This document shows, one piece after another, positions 33,630-42,753 of a stretch of DNA of 64,000 nucleotides. Made by a program: the position numbers and the translations under genes. The notes under the pieces are model-generated. The model was not told where the DNA came from, made no database searches, and worked only from the letters and a program-made list of their open reading frames with translations. This stretch comes from Deltaproteobacteria bacterium GWC2_55_46. GTDB taxonomy: Bacteria; Desulfobacterota; GWC2-55-46. The stretch lies in contig LVEI03000002.1 of assembly GCA_001595385.3 (NCBI GenBank), positions 51,924-115,923 on the forward strand, read 5' to 3'. Position 1 is the stretch's first letter, and each line of letters starts with the position of its first letter.

Positions 33630-34621
33630 GCAGCCAGCCTCAAGAGCAGGCCATGCTCCTTATGGCCCTTGCTTCGCTCGGCAAAAGGCTTGAAGGCATT
33701 GAGAAGCGGCTGGACGGGAAAACCCCCGTCCTTCTCGTCGAGGAGGCCGCGGAGGGGTTCAAGGCGTACCTCAAAGAGAACGCCAGGCCGAATACCCGAA
33801 GGTCCTTCGACTACCTGCTTGCCGAGTTCGAGAAGGAGTTCGCCGGCCAGAACGTACCGGAGATCCCCCCGTACAGGCTACAGGAGTTCCTCGGGGCGAC
33901 GTGGGGCAAGGGGAAGAAGAGCGTGGTCAAACAGTCCCTCTCCAAGCTCAAGTGGTTTTATTCCTGGTGCATCAAGGCCGTCATGGTCAAGGGCATGCCG
34001 CTGTTCTACAACCCCTGTGACCTTATCGAGGTCAAGGACGACGGTCCTCCTGATAGACCGGAGTTCGTGCCGGTCGAGAAGATGAAAGCGTTTCTGGACA
34101 CGATGGTTGACCCCAAGCACTGGCTTATGACAGCCATCCTTATGACCTCAGGGATGAGGGTTTCCGAGTTGCTTGGAGACAAACGGGCAGAAAAACCTGG
34201 ACTCTGCAAGAAGGACGTAAGTGGGAGGATCCTTGCACTCCACAACACCAAGTCGGGGAGAAGGGGAGAGGTCGCCGTGATCCCCGTCTGGGTAGCCGAG
34301 CGTCTCAGCCAGTTCTTGCAAAACCTCGGGCCGGAGGATAGAATCTTCACCACGGGCTACACCTCGTATCACGGTGTCGTGAAGTCCCACGGGAAGAGGG
34401 TCGGATTGGATATGAAGCCGCATTACATGAGAAAGTGGATAGCGAGCTTATGGAACAGGATGGGGGAATACGGGATGACCTCGTTCGTGCTCAGACACGC
34501 TACAACGAAGGCGAACGAAGCAACCCTCGTAACCGCGCTTGGAGCAAGGTACGTGGCACCACTCAGTCCGAAAGAGGCGATGGAGAAACAAGATGAAATG
34601 CTAAACTTTCCCAGGAGGTAA
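33626..34621 (+). CDS. Tyrosine recombinase/integrase
   Basis: SAM-like N-domain. Catalytic-domain motifs SGMRVSELLG (Arg), HYMRKW (HxxR) and LRHAT...GARY. Confidence 0.75.
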   Translation: MSSQPQEQAMLLMALASLGKRLEGIEKRLDGKTPVLLVEEAAEGFKAYLKENARPNTRRSFDYLLAEFEKEFAGQNVPEIPPYRLQEFLGATWGKGKKSVVKQSLSKLKWFYSWCIKAVMVKGMPLFYNPCDLIEVKDDGPPDRPEFVPVEKMKAFLDTMVDPKHWLMTAILMTSGMRVSELLGDKRAEKPGLCKKDVSGRILALHNTKSGRRGEVAVIPVWVAERLSQFLQNLGPEDRIFTTGYTSYHGVVKSHGKRVGLDMKPHYMRKWIASLWNRMGEYGMTSFVLRHATTKANEATLVTALGARYVAPLSPKEAMEKQDEMLNFPRR

Positions 34622-34625
34622 AGTC

Positions 34626-35117
34626 GTGGAATTCGTAATGATGATTGTCATCGCTATAGTCGGGCTTATGCTAATACACTACATTTCGGAAGGATTCAAA
34701 GCGGACAGGAGAGATGCAATCAAGGAAGAGACATGCACAACGGAGGAGATAGTAGTGGCAGGAGACTATGTCATGGGCCATCCAAAAATCAACATCGCTA
34801 CGAATGTCTGGATTGCGGCCACGGAAACCGATTTCATCCTGTTTGAAAAGAAGAAAAGAATCGGAGAGATACCCAAGAAGGCCGTCAAACAGATAGCCGT
34901 CGAGGATAGGAGCAGTTTACAACAACGACTCACGGCTACGCGGTTGGTAACTCTTGGGGTTTTTGCTTTGGCAGCTCCCAAAAAGAAGAAGATCGAGGAA
35001 TACTTTCTTGTCATCTCATGGGTAGATGAGAAAAGGATGGAACACAATACAACATTCAGAGGAGGAAATGCGGAGGGCACCAACGGTCGAAGAAACCTGC
35101 TGTTGAACTACCTGTGA
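34626..35117 (+). CDS. Membrane-anchored hypothetical protein (bacterial PH-like C-domain?)
   Basis: GTG start after AGGAGG. N-terminal TM helix. No recognisable catalytic motif. Confidence 0.5.
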   Translation: MEFVMMIVIAIVGLMLIHYISEGFKADRRDAIKEETCTTEEIVVAGDYVMGHPKINIATNVWIAATETDFILFEKKKRIGEIPKKAVKQIAVEDRSSLQQRLTATRLVTLGVFALAAPKKKKIEEYFLVISWVDEKRMEHNTTFRGGNAEGTNGRRNLLLNYL

Positions 35118-35141
35118 ATTCTTAATTGGCGGAGGTTCACC

Positions 35142-35408
35142 GTGTGTAAAACGTGCTGGCTTCTTCTCGTTCTCTTCCTTCCCCTCCCCACCCCTGCCAT
35201 TGCCGAAACCTACAGGGTCTTTGACAAAGACCAGAATGTGGTCGAGATTTGGAAGGAGAAGGACGGGTTAATCGAGGTCTATAACCCGGACATGTCCAGA
35301 AAGGGCTACATCAAGAAAGAGGGCAAGCGGCTGGAGAGATACGACAAGGACTGGCGGAGGGAAGGAAGGGTCGAGCATGACCTCGACCCCAAGGGGAAAG
35401 GACGGTAG
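35142..35408 (+). CDS. Small secreted hypothetical protein
   Basis: Signal peptide CKTCWLLLVLFLPLPTPAIA. 88 aa. Confidence 0.5.
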   Translation: MCKTCWLLLVLFLPLPTPAIAETYRVFDKDQNVVEIWKEKDGLIEVYNPDMSRKGYIKKEGKRLERYDKDWRREGRVEHDLDPKGKGR

Positions 35409-35414
35409 AGCAGG

Positions 35415-35804
35415 TCAGAGCACCTTTTCCAGATTCTGAATCGTCATGTCGATGATATGTGCGCCCACGATAGTGTTGCTGCCCGACGCATAAGTCCACT
35501 TAAAGACTGCCCTGTGAGTTTCCTTCTCAAGAACGCTGTCCTGTATGGCTGTATCCGCTGAAGCTGTTTGCCAGGCGAGATTGCCCTCTGCGTCCACTGT
35601 TACGCCTTCCGCATTCAACACATCCTGGTCAGACCTGTCGTTTATTATCGCATAGGCCGGAGAGTCACTCGTGCTGTACAGCGTCAGTGTGAGCGTCAAG
35701 AGGCTCGTACCCGGGACGGGGGTGCCAGCCTCGTCTTCAATCACCGCCGTTATCTTGGGCGTGGTCTTTTCAAGTATGAGGTCTGTGAGTATGGTCTGGT
35801 TCAC
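35415..35804 (-). CDS. Hypothetical protein (third gene of the beta-helix operon)
   Basis: GTG start after GAAGGAGG. 129 aa, beta-rich composition. Confidence 0.55.
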   Translation of the reverse strand: MNQTILTDLILEKTTPKITAVIEDEAGTPVPGTSLLTLTLTLYSTSDSPAYAIINDRSDQDVLNAEGVTVDAEGNLAWQTASADTAIQDSVLEKETHRAVFKWTYASGSNTIVGAHIIDMTIQNLEKVL

Positions 35805-35814
35805 GGTGCCTCCT

Positions 35815-36033
35815 TCACGGGACTAAGGTTATGTCTGTCATGCCGGCCTGCCGGAGGCTCACGGTGGCAAGGGCGCCTTGCCCGGCCTGCGCCCCGGATA
35901 AGGTTGGCTGTGCAGTGCTTACGCCGGTCATGCCGGCTTTGCCAATTTGCATATCGGATAAAGCCGGCTGCATGACGCTTATGCCTGTTAATAACGGTTC
36001 GCTTACGGTCACATTGACAAACATCAGGGCCAC
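35815..36033 (-). CDS. 72-aa repeat protein (approx. 11-aa Q-x-x-L/M-S/T-G/D periodicity)
   Basis: SD GAGGTG upstream. The DNA shows approx. 66-nt tandem units (CGGATAAGGTTGGCTG... / CGGATAAAGCCGGCTG...). Confidence 0.45.
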   Translation of the reverse strand: MALMFVNVTVSEPLLTGISVMQPALSDMQIGKAGMTGVSTAQPTLSGAQAGQGALATVSLRQAGMTDITLVP

Positions 36034-36177
36034 CTCACCGTCACAGCAGTTAAGCCAGATTGAAAGAGTCCTACCGAATACAGGTTAATATAGCCAACAA
36101 TAACGGCTGTATCTTCCCATGCCAGCCAACCATGCGTGAACACCCCCGGTCCGAGGCGACCTCTAACCGCAAGCGCC

Positions 36178-38025
36178 TCAAACACCAGCACTCCTTATTT
36201 TCCCGGTCGAGTCCACGGTGAACTCAATGATTTTCTGAGTCTCGGCGTTATCCTCAAAATACTCATACTTCTTTGAGCCGTCCGGGTTGTCTGTCTGTTT
36301 CAGCCTGCCGCGCTCCATTTTGTAGAGGAGTTCCGACATTACCTTTGTGGCTGCAATGGACGCTTCATTTGTGGCCTCGTTCAAATATTGATAGCAGTTT
36401 ATCGTCTCTGAGTTTGCGCCCGTCAGATTGATGTCCCCGGAGGTATTCCCCTCGACGATAAGCCCCGGCCCGATTATATGGTTATTGTCTGCCCCGTTCA
36501 ATTCGTTTATTCCGTAGCCTGTGTTCTGTGTTATGGCCGTGCCCTTCTCCCCGGCGAACACATAGTTATTTTGCGTATTGGCCCCGTCGAATCTAATGCC
36601 ATCTCCATCGTTGGAAAGTATCCTGGTGTTCCTGATTACGTTCCGAACAGCATTGCCGGAGGTGGATTTGATGGATATAGCATGGCCGCTGCCGCCCTGC
36701 GCGGCGTCCTGAATCACCACATCGTCAATTAGGGCGTGGCTTCCGTTGAGCGAGGCTATCCCATGCCCGCGGCTGTAATCCACCCACACCTTTCTTACCA
36801 GAGCGAAGTCCGCCTGTATGGAGATGGCATCTTTCGACCCGCTGTTTGCTGTTTCTATGATGAAGCCAGAAATCTCACAACCCGGAGCAGATATGGTGAC
36901 AGTGTTGTTTGCCGTCGAAGTGGTCTTGATTTTCAAATCTCTCCCCGGCCCACGGAGGAGGGTAAAGGCTTTATTCATGTCAAAAAATGTATCAACCTGA
37001 GTAGTCGCGCCGATATCCCCCGGCATGCCAATGACTATATCATGCCGATATGCCACAACGAGGGCATTGACCCCTGCCCATGTAAGCTTCGCGGTTGAAG
37101 GAGTAAGCCCATCATTGCTGTCGTTGCCTCCAATAGGATTCCAGTAGAAGATCCGCCCCCTGCCCGTATGCGTTCCCCTCTGATATTCGATGAGGTTGAA
37201 AAGGTTATCAGTATTATTATTAACAGTCGCTTCCTTCGCCAGCACTATCCTGTGTGTATCCACTCCGCTATCGTCTATCTCACCGAGCCCGTTCCCTAAG
37301 AAGACTGTTCCCGCCGCGATATAGGTGTCTTCCGCCCCTCCTCCGACTTTCAAGCCATATTCTCCGTTGCCATGCAATGTCATCCCATCCTTCAGCCGGA
37401 CGTCATGGTTGTCAGTCCCCGTAATATTCACACCGTTATCGCCGCAATTATCTACATATCCGTCAAGGAGGTCGATTCCGTTGTTATTGTTGCCGAAATC
37501 AATGCCATCGGTCCCGCAATTTTTAATAGAAAACTTTTCATAAATATCCCCGTGTCCATTAACCGAATATATGCCGCGACGGGAAGCCCCTTTCACTATA
37601 ACTCCGCTAAAGTGAAAGTATTTGCCGTCCTTCCTGATACCATCTACATTCGCCCCCGCGAGAGAAACGTCGAGGTGAAGTCCGGTCATCTGGACGCCTT
37701 CCGCAAGGACCTCAACGGCTGCGCCGGACGGTAGGGCGGTCGTCGGACGTATTCTGGCGTCAAACCCAGGGCCTCTTAGGGACAGCCAGTTTTTCGTTAT
37801 GCTGATGTTCTCATCTATATAAAATACCCCCCCACTATTCGTGCTGCTGAGGTAGATGGCATCATGACCCCAATCCGCGCAAAGACTGTGAGCCTGCGCG
37901 AATGTCTTGACCGCAGATTTTTCCGAGATACCATCGTTAGCGTCATTTCCATTGACAGGGTCCCAATAGTAACTATCCCCTTTGTTGGTATGATGCCCTC
38001 TCAACGATTCCACCATGAACTGCAT
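36178..38025 (-). CDS. Right-handed parallel beta-helix protein with an internal two-domain duplication (tailspike/depolymerase-like)
   Basis: Two copies of the H-T-x-(K/R)-G-x-x-(Y/F)-YW-(D/N)-P-x-x-GND-x-NDG leader, each followed by NxxGxxI-type beta-helix coils. Start at M85 (38025) is chosen because the upstream 84 aa look like antisense translation. Confidence 0.6.
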   Translation of the reverse strand: MQFMVESLRGHHTNKGDSYYWDPVNGNDANDGISEKSAVKTFAQAHSLCADWGHDAIYLSSTNSGGVFYIDENISITKNWLSLRGPGFDARIRPTTALPSGAAVEVLAEGVQMTGLHLDVSLAGANVDGIRKDGKYFHFSGVIVKGASRRGIYSVNGHGDIYEKFSIKNCGTDGIDFGNNNNGIDLLDGYVDNCGDNGVNITGTDNHDVRLKDGMTLHGNGEYGLKVGGGAEDTYIAAGTVFLGNGLGEIDDSGVDTHRIVLAKEATVNNNTDNLFNLIEYQRGTHTGRGRIFYWNPIGGNDSNDGLTPSTAKLTWAGVNALVVAYRHDIVIGMPGDIGATTQVDTFFDMNKAFTLLRGPGRDLKIKTTSTANNTVTISAPGCEISGFIIETANSGSKDAISIQADFALVRKVWVDYSRGHGIASLNGSHALIDDVVIQDAAQGGSGHAISIKSTSGNAVRNVIRNTRILSNDGDGIRFDGANTQNNYVFAGEKGTAITQNTGYGINELNGADNNHIIGPGLIVEGNTSGDINLTGANSETINCYQYLNEATNEASIAATKVMSELLYKMERGRLKQTDNPDGSKKYEYFEDNAETQKIIEFTVDSTGKIRSAGV

Positions 38026-38062
38026 GTATTCACGGTTGTTCAAGGGACTATTGAGCAGGTGA

Positions 38063-38503
38063 CTTACCACTTGTGTCGAGCCCGTGGAGTTGTCCGAGCA
38101 ATTTTTCAAGGAACTCTTCTGGCTTAAGGGGGATAACCTCGACAAACACGGCATACTTAAAGACCTGGCCGCTGACAGCGGGTTCAGGTTCAGTTTCCGC
38201 GCGGCGGCCTCCAAATTCAAGATCATAGATGAGTCATTACAAGCGTCCGTACTTGTCAGATACGGCGGGGGAGACAAGTTGATCGAACAATTAATAAAGA
38301 ATGGTCCCGAGCGGTGGCTAATGAGAAAGCTTCAGAGATATGCGGTCAACGTGCCAAGGTATCTGTTAGAAAAACTAATCAAATCGGGCGAAATCGAAGT
38401 GCTGTTTGAGGGCATATTCGCTCAATCTACCATCAGTCGCTATGACCAAACCCTCGGTCTTTGTTACGGAACCGCAATAGAGCCCGATGACTTGATAGTA
38501 TGA
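38063..38503 (+). pseudogene. Putative 3' remnant of cas3 (type I-C helicase-nuclease C-terminus)
   Basis: Protein-like open frame ending 32 nt before cas5c, the position cas3 occupies in canonical I-C operons. The frame opens only at 38063. Identity is not verified by search. Confidence 0.4.
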
Positions 38504-38534
38504 GTGTTAATTTACAGGAAAGGAGGGAAAAGAC

Positions 38535-39215
38535 ATGGCTACTGTCTTAAAAAGCCGTCTTATGCATCTTAAGGTTTGGGGGCAGAACGCGTGTTTCACC
38601 AGGCCCGAGATGAAGGTTGAGAGGGTCTCGTATGATGTAATGACTCCATCCGCCGCAAGAGGGGTATTAGAAGCCATTCTTTGGAAGCCTGCCATAGTCT
38701 GGCGGATAGCGCAGATCGATGTGCTTCGGCCCATCAAGTGGGCGTCGGTCAGGAGGAACGAGGTGGGTGCCGTGATGTCGGCTCGCTCCGCTGGGATTTT
38801 TGTTGAAGATGAGAGGCAACAGAGGGCGGGACTAATCCTCCGGGATGTCGAATACACCATACACGCTTTTTTTGAAATGACGGAGAGAGCAGGTCCGGCG
38901 GATAATGTTGTCAAGTTTGAGGAGATGTTCCAACGGCGCGCGGAAAACGGCCAATGCTTTCACAGACCGTACTTGGGGTGCAGGGAGTTCGTGGCGCACT
39001 TCAATCCTGTTCTTAAAGACGAGCTCTTGCCAGAGCCGATAGATAAAAACATGGATCTGGGCTGGATGCTCTATGACATTAAACATGATAATAGCGCTGA
39101 TGTAAACTACATACACCTTTGCGGTGCCGGATGCCGACCATACTTCTTCCGAGCTTCGTTGGATAAAGGCATTGTGCTGGTGCCCCCAGCGGCAAGCAAG
39201 GAGGTGAGGGGATGA
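38535..39215 (+). CDS. cas5: Cas5c/Cas5d (type I-C pre-crRNA endoribonuclease)
   Basis: LKVWGQNACFTRPEMKVERVSYDVMTPSAARGVLEAILWKP is the canonical Cas5d N-terminus. Confidence 0.9.
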   Translation: MATVLKSRLMHLKVWGQNACFTRPEMKVERVSYDVMTPSAARGVLEAILWKPAIVWRIAQIDVLRPIKWASVRRNEVGAVMSARSAGIFVEDERQQRAGLILRDVEYTIHAFFEMTERAGPADNVVKFEEMFQRRAENGQCFHRPYLGCREFVAHFNPVLKDELLPEPIDKNMDLGWMLYDIKHDNSADVNYIHLCGAGCRPYFFRASLDKGIVLVPPAASKEVRG

Positions 39216-40945
39216 TACTTCAGGCATTAAATGCTTATTATAGGCGGATGGCGACGGATAAGGACTCTGATATCGCACCCGAGGGATTTCAAAGGCAAGC
39301 AATCCCGTTTGTCGTCATGCTTGACGGTAAAGGCCGATTCAGAGGCATTCAAGATACAAGGCAAACAGATGGGAAAAAGAAGATTGCGCGTACTTTTATC
39401 GTTCCGAAAGCCGTCAAAAGGTCAGTCGGTATTGAGGCCAATCTTCTATGGGACAACCCCGCTTATGTCTTTGGGTGTTCGAAACCTGATAAAAAGAAGG
39501 ATGGCGTAAAAGCCGCCGAACGCGCCAAGGAACAGCAGGAGAGTTTCATTGCTAAAGTCAAAAAAAATTTACCCGATTCATCAGATATCGGAGTGAATGC
39601 GGTTCTTCAATTCCTCGCTACTCGCGATTTCATCGGCGTATTTTCGCATACTTTGTGGCCTGAAATTGAGGAGGGCGGGGCAAATATAGCCTTTCAGCTT
39701 GAAGGTGACACGGAACTCGTATGCCAGCGCGATGCAGTAGTGAATACCATTATGAAAGGAAAGGAAGATGAAAACGAAACAGCATCGCCTTGCCTTGTAA
39801 CAGGAGAAATGACCGTCCCTGCTCGCCTACATACCGCCATTAAAGGCGTATGGGGGGCACAGTCCGCAGGTGCGAACATCGTCTCATTTAATCTCGATGC
39901 CTTTACTTCGTTTGGAAAAACGCAGGGCTTCAATGCGCCAATTGGGGAAAAAGCCGAGCACGCATATACGACTGCAATAAACACCTTGCTTGCAAAAGGC
40001 TCAAGGCAACGCATACAGGTAGGAGACGCAAGCACGGTCTTCTGGGCAGAAAGACAGAATGTCATGGAGGAATTGTTTAAAGATTTTTTTGGAGAACCCC
40101 CTAAAGGACAATCGGCGCAGGACAATGAGGCGATAAAAGCGCTCTTTAAAGCGCCTGAAACAGGAGCGCCTCCTCTCGATAGCGACTTGACGAAGTTCTA
40201 TGTCCTTGGCCTTTCACCAAACGCATCCCGTATTGCGGTGCGCTTCTGGTATGCAGGGACCGTTGGATGTGTCGCCCAGAATATCAGGCAACATTTTTGC
40301 GATTGCAGTATCGTCCACAGTCCAAGGGAACCCGAACATCTCTCGTTATTCCGGCTCCTCGTTTCAACCGCAATGGAGGGAAAGGCGGACAATATTCAAC
40401 CGAACCTTTCAGGAGAGGTGATGAAGGCGATACTTTCAGGAAATCCATATCCTAAAACGCTGCTTTCATCAGCTATAAGGAGGATCAAGGCCGAGAGGGA
40501 AATAACCTATCCAAGGGCATCCCTCATTAAGGCAATTCTCGTGAGGGAATCAAGATTTTATAACAGAAAAGAAAAGGAGGTAAGTATGTCACTTGACCCC
40601 GAAAACAAAAACACAGGGTATCTCTTGGGGCGCTTATTTGCGGTTCTGGAGCGGGCGCAGGAGTTCGCAAGTCCGGGCATTAACGCAACTATCAGAGACC
40701 GCTTCTATGGCTCGGCATCGAGCACTCCGGTTGCCGCCTTCCCCCACTTGATGAAGCTCAAGAACCACCATATCGCAAAACTCGAAAACAGGGGCGCGGC
40801 GGTAAATCTCGAAAAACAGATAGGCGGGATAATGGAGGGAGTAAGCGATTTTCCCGCGTATCTGAGTCTCCAAGACCAGGGGCGCTTTGCCATTGGCTAC
40901 TACCACCAGAGACAGAGTTTTTTCGTAAAGAAAGACAGTGAATAA
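39212..40945 (+). CDS. cas8c: Cas8c/Csd1 (type I-C large subunit)
   Basis: [13 protein letters not shown]... N-terminus, 577 aa, position between cas5c and cas7c. ATGA overlap. Confidence 0.85.
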   Translation: MILQALNAYYRRMATDKDSDIAPEGFQRQAIPFVVMLDGKGRFRGIQDTRQTDGKKKIARTFIVPKAVKRSVGIEANLLWDNPAYVFGCSKPDKKKDGVKAAERAKEQQESFIAKVKKNLPDSSDIGVNAVLQFLATRDFIGVFSHTLWPEIEEGGANIAFQLEGDTELVCQRDAVVNTIMKGKEDENETASPCLVTGEMTVPARLHTAIKGVWGAQSAGANIVSFNLDAFTSFGKTQGFNAPIGEKAEHAYTTAINTLLAKGSRQRIQVGDASTVFWAERQNVMEELFKDFFGEPPKGQSAQDNEAIKALFKAPETGAPPLDSDLTKFYVLGLSPNASRIAVRFWYAGTVGCVAQNIRQHFCDCSIVHSPREPEHLSLFRLLVSTAMEGKADNIQPNLSGEVMKAILSGNPYPKTLLSSAIRRIKAEREITYPRASLIKAILVRESRFYNRKEKEVSMSLDPENKNTGYLLGRLFAVLERAQEFASPGINATIRDRFYGSASSTPVAAFPHLMKLKNHHIAKLENRGAAVNLEKQIGGIMEGVSDFPAYLSLQDQGRFAIGYYHQRQSFFVKKDSE

Positions 40946-40964
40946 ACTTCAAAGGAGGGATCCA

Positions 40965-42053
40965 ATGAGCAAAGCAGTAAACAACCGTTATGATTTTGTA
41001 TTGTTATTCGATGTTAAGGACGGGAATCCAAATGGAGACCCCGATGCAGGAAACCTCCCTCGCTTAGACCCGGAAACCGGGCATGGTCTGGTTACGGATG
41101 TGTGCCTGAAAAGGAAGGTAAGGAACTATGTGCAGATGGCCGGACGAGAACAGGGGTTTGATATCTATGTCAAAGAAAAAGCTGTCCTCGGGAGAGCACA
41201 TGTCGATGCATTTAAACGACTCGGAATCCAATTAGGAGAAGAATCCAAAGTACAAATACCATCTGGCCTGGTCGACAAATTTTCTGAATTGAGCTTGCCT
41301 GATGGTTTGAGGGTTGAAGAGGACGATAATACTGATTTTCTTCTCATTGAATCCGATGTTGATAAAAAAGCAGTTAAAGAATGGATAAAAGAGATAAAGC
41401 CCGACAAGGATATAAAGAAGTTTATTGATGATACAATGAAAGGGGCAAAATCTCGAAAGCCATCTGGAGACGAGGTGCAAAAAGGAAGAGATGAGATGTG
41501 TAAAACATTCTATGACATACGCACTTTTGGTGCTGTGTTGTCACTAAAGTCAGCCCCGAACTGCGGACAGGTGCGCGGCCCTGTCCAATTAACCTTCGCC
41601 CGCAGCATAGACCAGATAGCGCCTCTTGAGCACAGCATCACCCGCATGGCCGTGGCGACCGAGGCAGAGGCCGAGAAACAGCAGGGCGATAACCGCACGA
41701 TGGGAAGGAAGTTTACGGTCCCCTACGGCCTTTACAGGTGCCACGGGTTCGTCTCCGCTCCGCTTGCCTCACAGACCGGTTTTACGGACGATGACCTGGA
41801 GCTTCTGTGGAAGTCTCTTACTGAAATGTTCGAGCACGACCGCTCTGCCGCGCGTGGAGAGATGTCTACACGGAAGCTCGTGGTCTTCAAGCACGATAGC
41901 GCCCTCGGCAGCGCCCCGGCTCATGCACTGTTCGAGCGCGTCACGGTCTCGCGCAAAAGCGTTGCGGCTCCACCACGCGGTTTTGCTGATTACGAGATCA
42001 ATATTAGTAAAGTAGGCCTCCCGAATGGGGTCAGCATAATCGAGAAACCGTAG
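40965..42053 (+). CDS. cas7: Cas7c/Csd2
   Basis: [27 protein letters not shown] is the canonical Csd2 sequence. ATG 40965 after AAAGGAGGG. Confidence 0.9.
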   Translation: MSKAVNNRYDFVLLFDVKDGNPNGDPDAGNLPRLDPETGHGLVTDVCLKRKVRNYVQMAGREQGFDIYVKEKAVLGRAHVDAFKRLGIQLGEESKVQIPSGLVDKFSELSLPDGLRVEEDDNTDFLLIESDVDKKAVKEWIKEIKPDKDIKKFIDDTMKGAKSRKPSGDEVQKGRDEMCKTFYDIRTFGAVLSLKSAPNCGQVRGPVQLTFARSIDQIAPLEHSITRMAVATEAEAEKQQGDNRTMGRKFTVPYGLYRCHGFVSAPLASQTGFTDDDLELLWKSLTEMFEHDRSAARGEMSTRKLVVFKHDSALGSAPAHALFERVTVSRKSVAAPPRGFADYEINISKVGLPNGVSIIEKP

Positions 42054-42060
42054 GCGACTC

Positions 42061-42753
42061 ATGTTCTCCGAAGACGACCTCCTCCCCATCTCCGCGCTCC
42101 AGCACCTCTCGTTCTGCGAGCGGCAGTGGGGGCTTATACACCTTGAGGGCATCTGGGGGGAAAACCGCCTGACCGTGGAAGGCCGCCATCTCCATGACAG
42201 GGCGCATGAGGATGAAACCGAGGTCCGGCGCGATCTACGCATAGCCCGGGGGCTTCGCCTTCGCTCTTTAAGGCTCGGGCTTTCCGGGAAGGCGGACGTC
42301 GTTGAGTTCCATCTCGTAAAGGAGGCGGACAAAACAGGCGGCATGCGCCTTGAGGGTGTCGCGGGTCTCTGGCGGCCCGTTCCCGTTGAGTATAAACGTG
42401 GCAAGCCAAAATTGGACGCGTGCGACGAGGTCCAGATTTGCGCTCAGGCGCTCTGTATCGAGGAGATGACCGGCGCGCAGGTGCAGAACGGGATGCTCTT
42501 TTACGGTACTCCGAGAAGAAGATATGATGTACTCTTTGACACCGGGTTAAAGGGGAAAACGGAAGCGCTCTGTGTGCGCCTCCATGAGCTTACAAAGGCG
42601 CGCAAAACACCGGCGGCAAAATACGAGAAGAAATGCGAGAGCTGTTCCCTTATCGACTTTTGCATGCCCAAAACCGTCGGCAAGCGGACGAAAGTGGAAA
42701 GATACATCATGGCGGCCATCTCTGATACTGCCGATACAAAAGGAACGGAATGA
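42061..42753 (+). CDS. cas4: Cas4 (RecB-like nuclease with 4-Cys cluster)
   Basis: ISALQHLSFCERQWGL... and C-terminal CESCSLIDFC. Confidence 0.9.
   Translation: MFSEDDLLPISALQHLSFCERQWGLIHLEGIWGENRLTVEGRHLHDRAHEDETEVRRDLRIARGLRLRSLRLGLSGKADVVEFHLVKEADKTGGMRLEGVAGLWRPVPVEYKRGKPKLDACDEVQICAQALCIEEMTGAQVQNGMLFYGTPRRRYDVLFDTGLKGKTEALCVRLHELTKARKTPAAKYEKKCESCSLIDFCMPKTVGKRTKVERYIMAAISDTADTKGTE

Larger units (their letters stand above)
13411..38062. mobile_element. Composite integrated island adjacent to tRNA-Pro, with a P4-like replication module, a zinc-ribbon-rich gene array and a tyrosine integrase
   Basis: Core synteny ends at tRNA-Pro. The block contains AlpA-like, CHC2 and P4-family primase genes, a CI-like repressor, DUF2958 and an integrase. 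The right limit is inferred from the truncated cas3-like ORF at about 38.06 kb. No att repeat was found by eye. Confidence 0.5.

Noticed and set aside
35815-36088. Tandem repeats in the 72-aa gene as a diversity-generating retroelement template/variable-repeat pair.
   Set aside because: No reverse transcriptase and no adenine-specific mismatch pattern between units. The repeats are in-frame tandem units within one small gene.
13411-38062. Calling the island a prophage.
   Set aside because: No capsid, portal, terminase, tail-tube, baseplate or lysis cassette is recognisable by eye. Only a tailspike-like beta-helix gene is present. It is reported as an integrative element of uncertain type.
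34600-38100. Search for an attR copy of the tRNA-Pro 3' end (GGTTCGAATCCTCTCGCCCCGACCA) near the integrase, the beta-helix operon or the IS element.
   Set aside because: No match longer than a few nucleotides was found by eye, so island boundaries are left approximate. A computational repeat search is needed.
36178-38277. Full 699-aa version of the beta-helix ORF starting at 38277.
   Set aside because: The first 84 residues are Ser/Leu/Pro-rich low complexity and lie antisense to the protein-like cas3-remnant frame. The start was moved to M85 (38025), although the SD there is weak.
38084-38503. Treating the 139-aa ORF upstream of cas5c as an independent small gene or regulator.
   Set aside because: There is no SD, and the GTG is preceded by an open frame that begins only after an in-frame stop at 38060. 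Its position fits a cas3 3' remnant better. It is kept as a pseudogene with moderate confidence.
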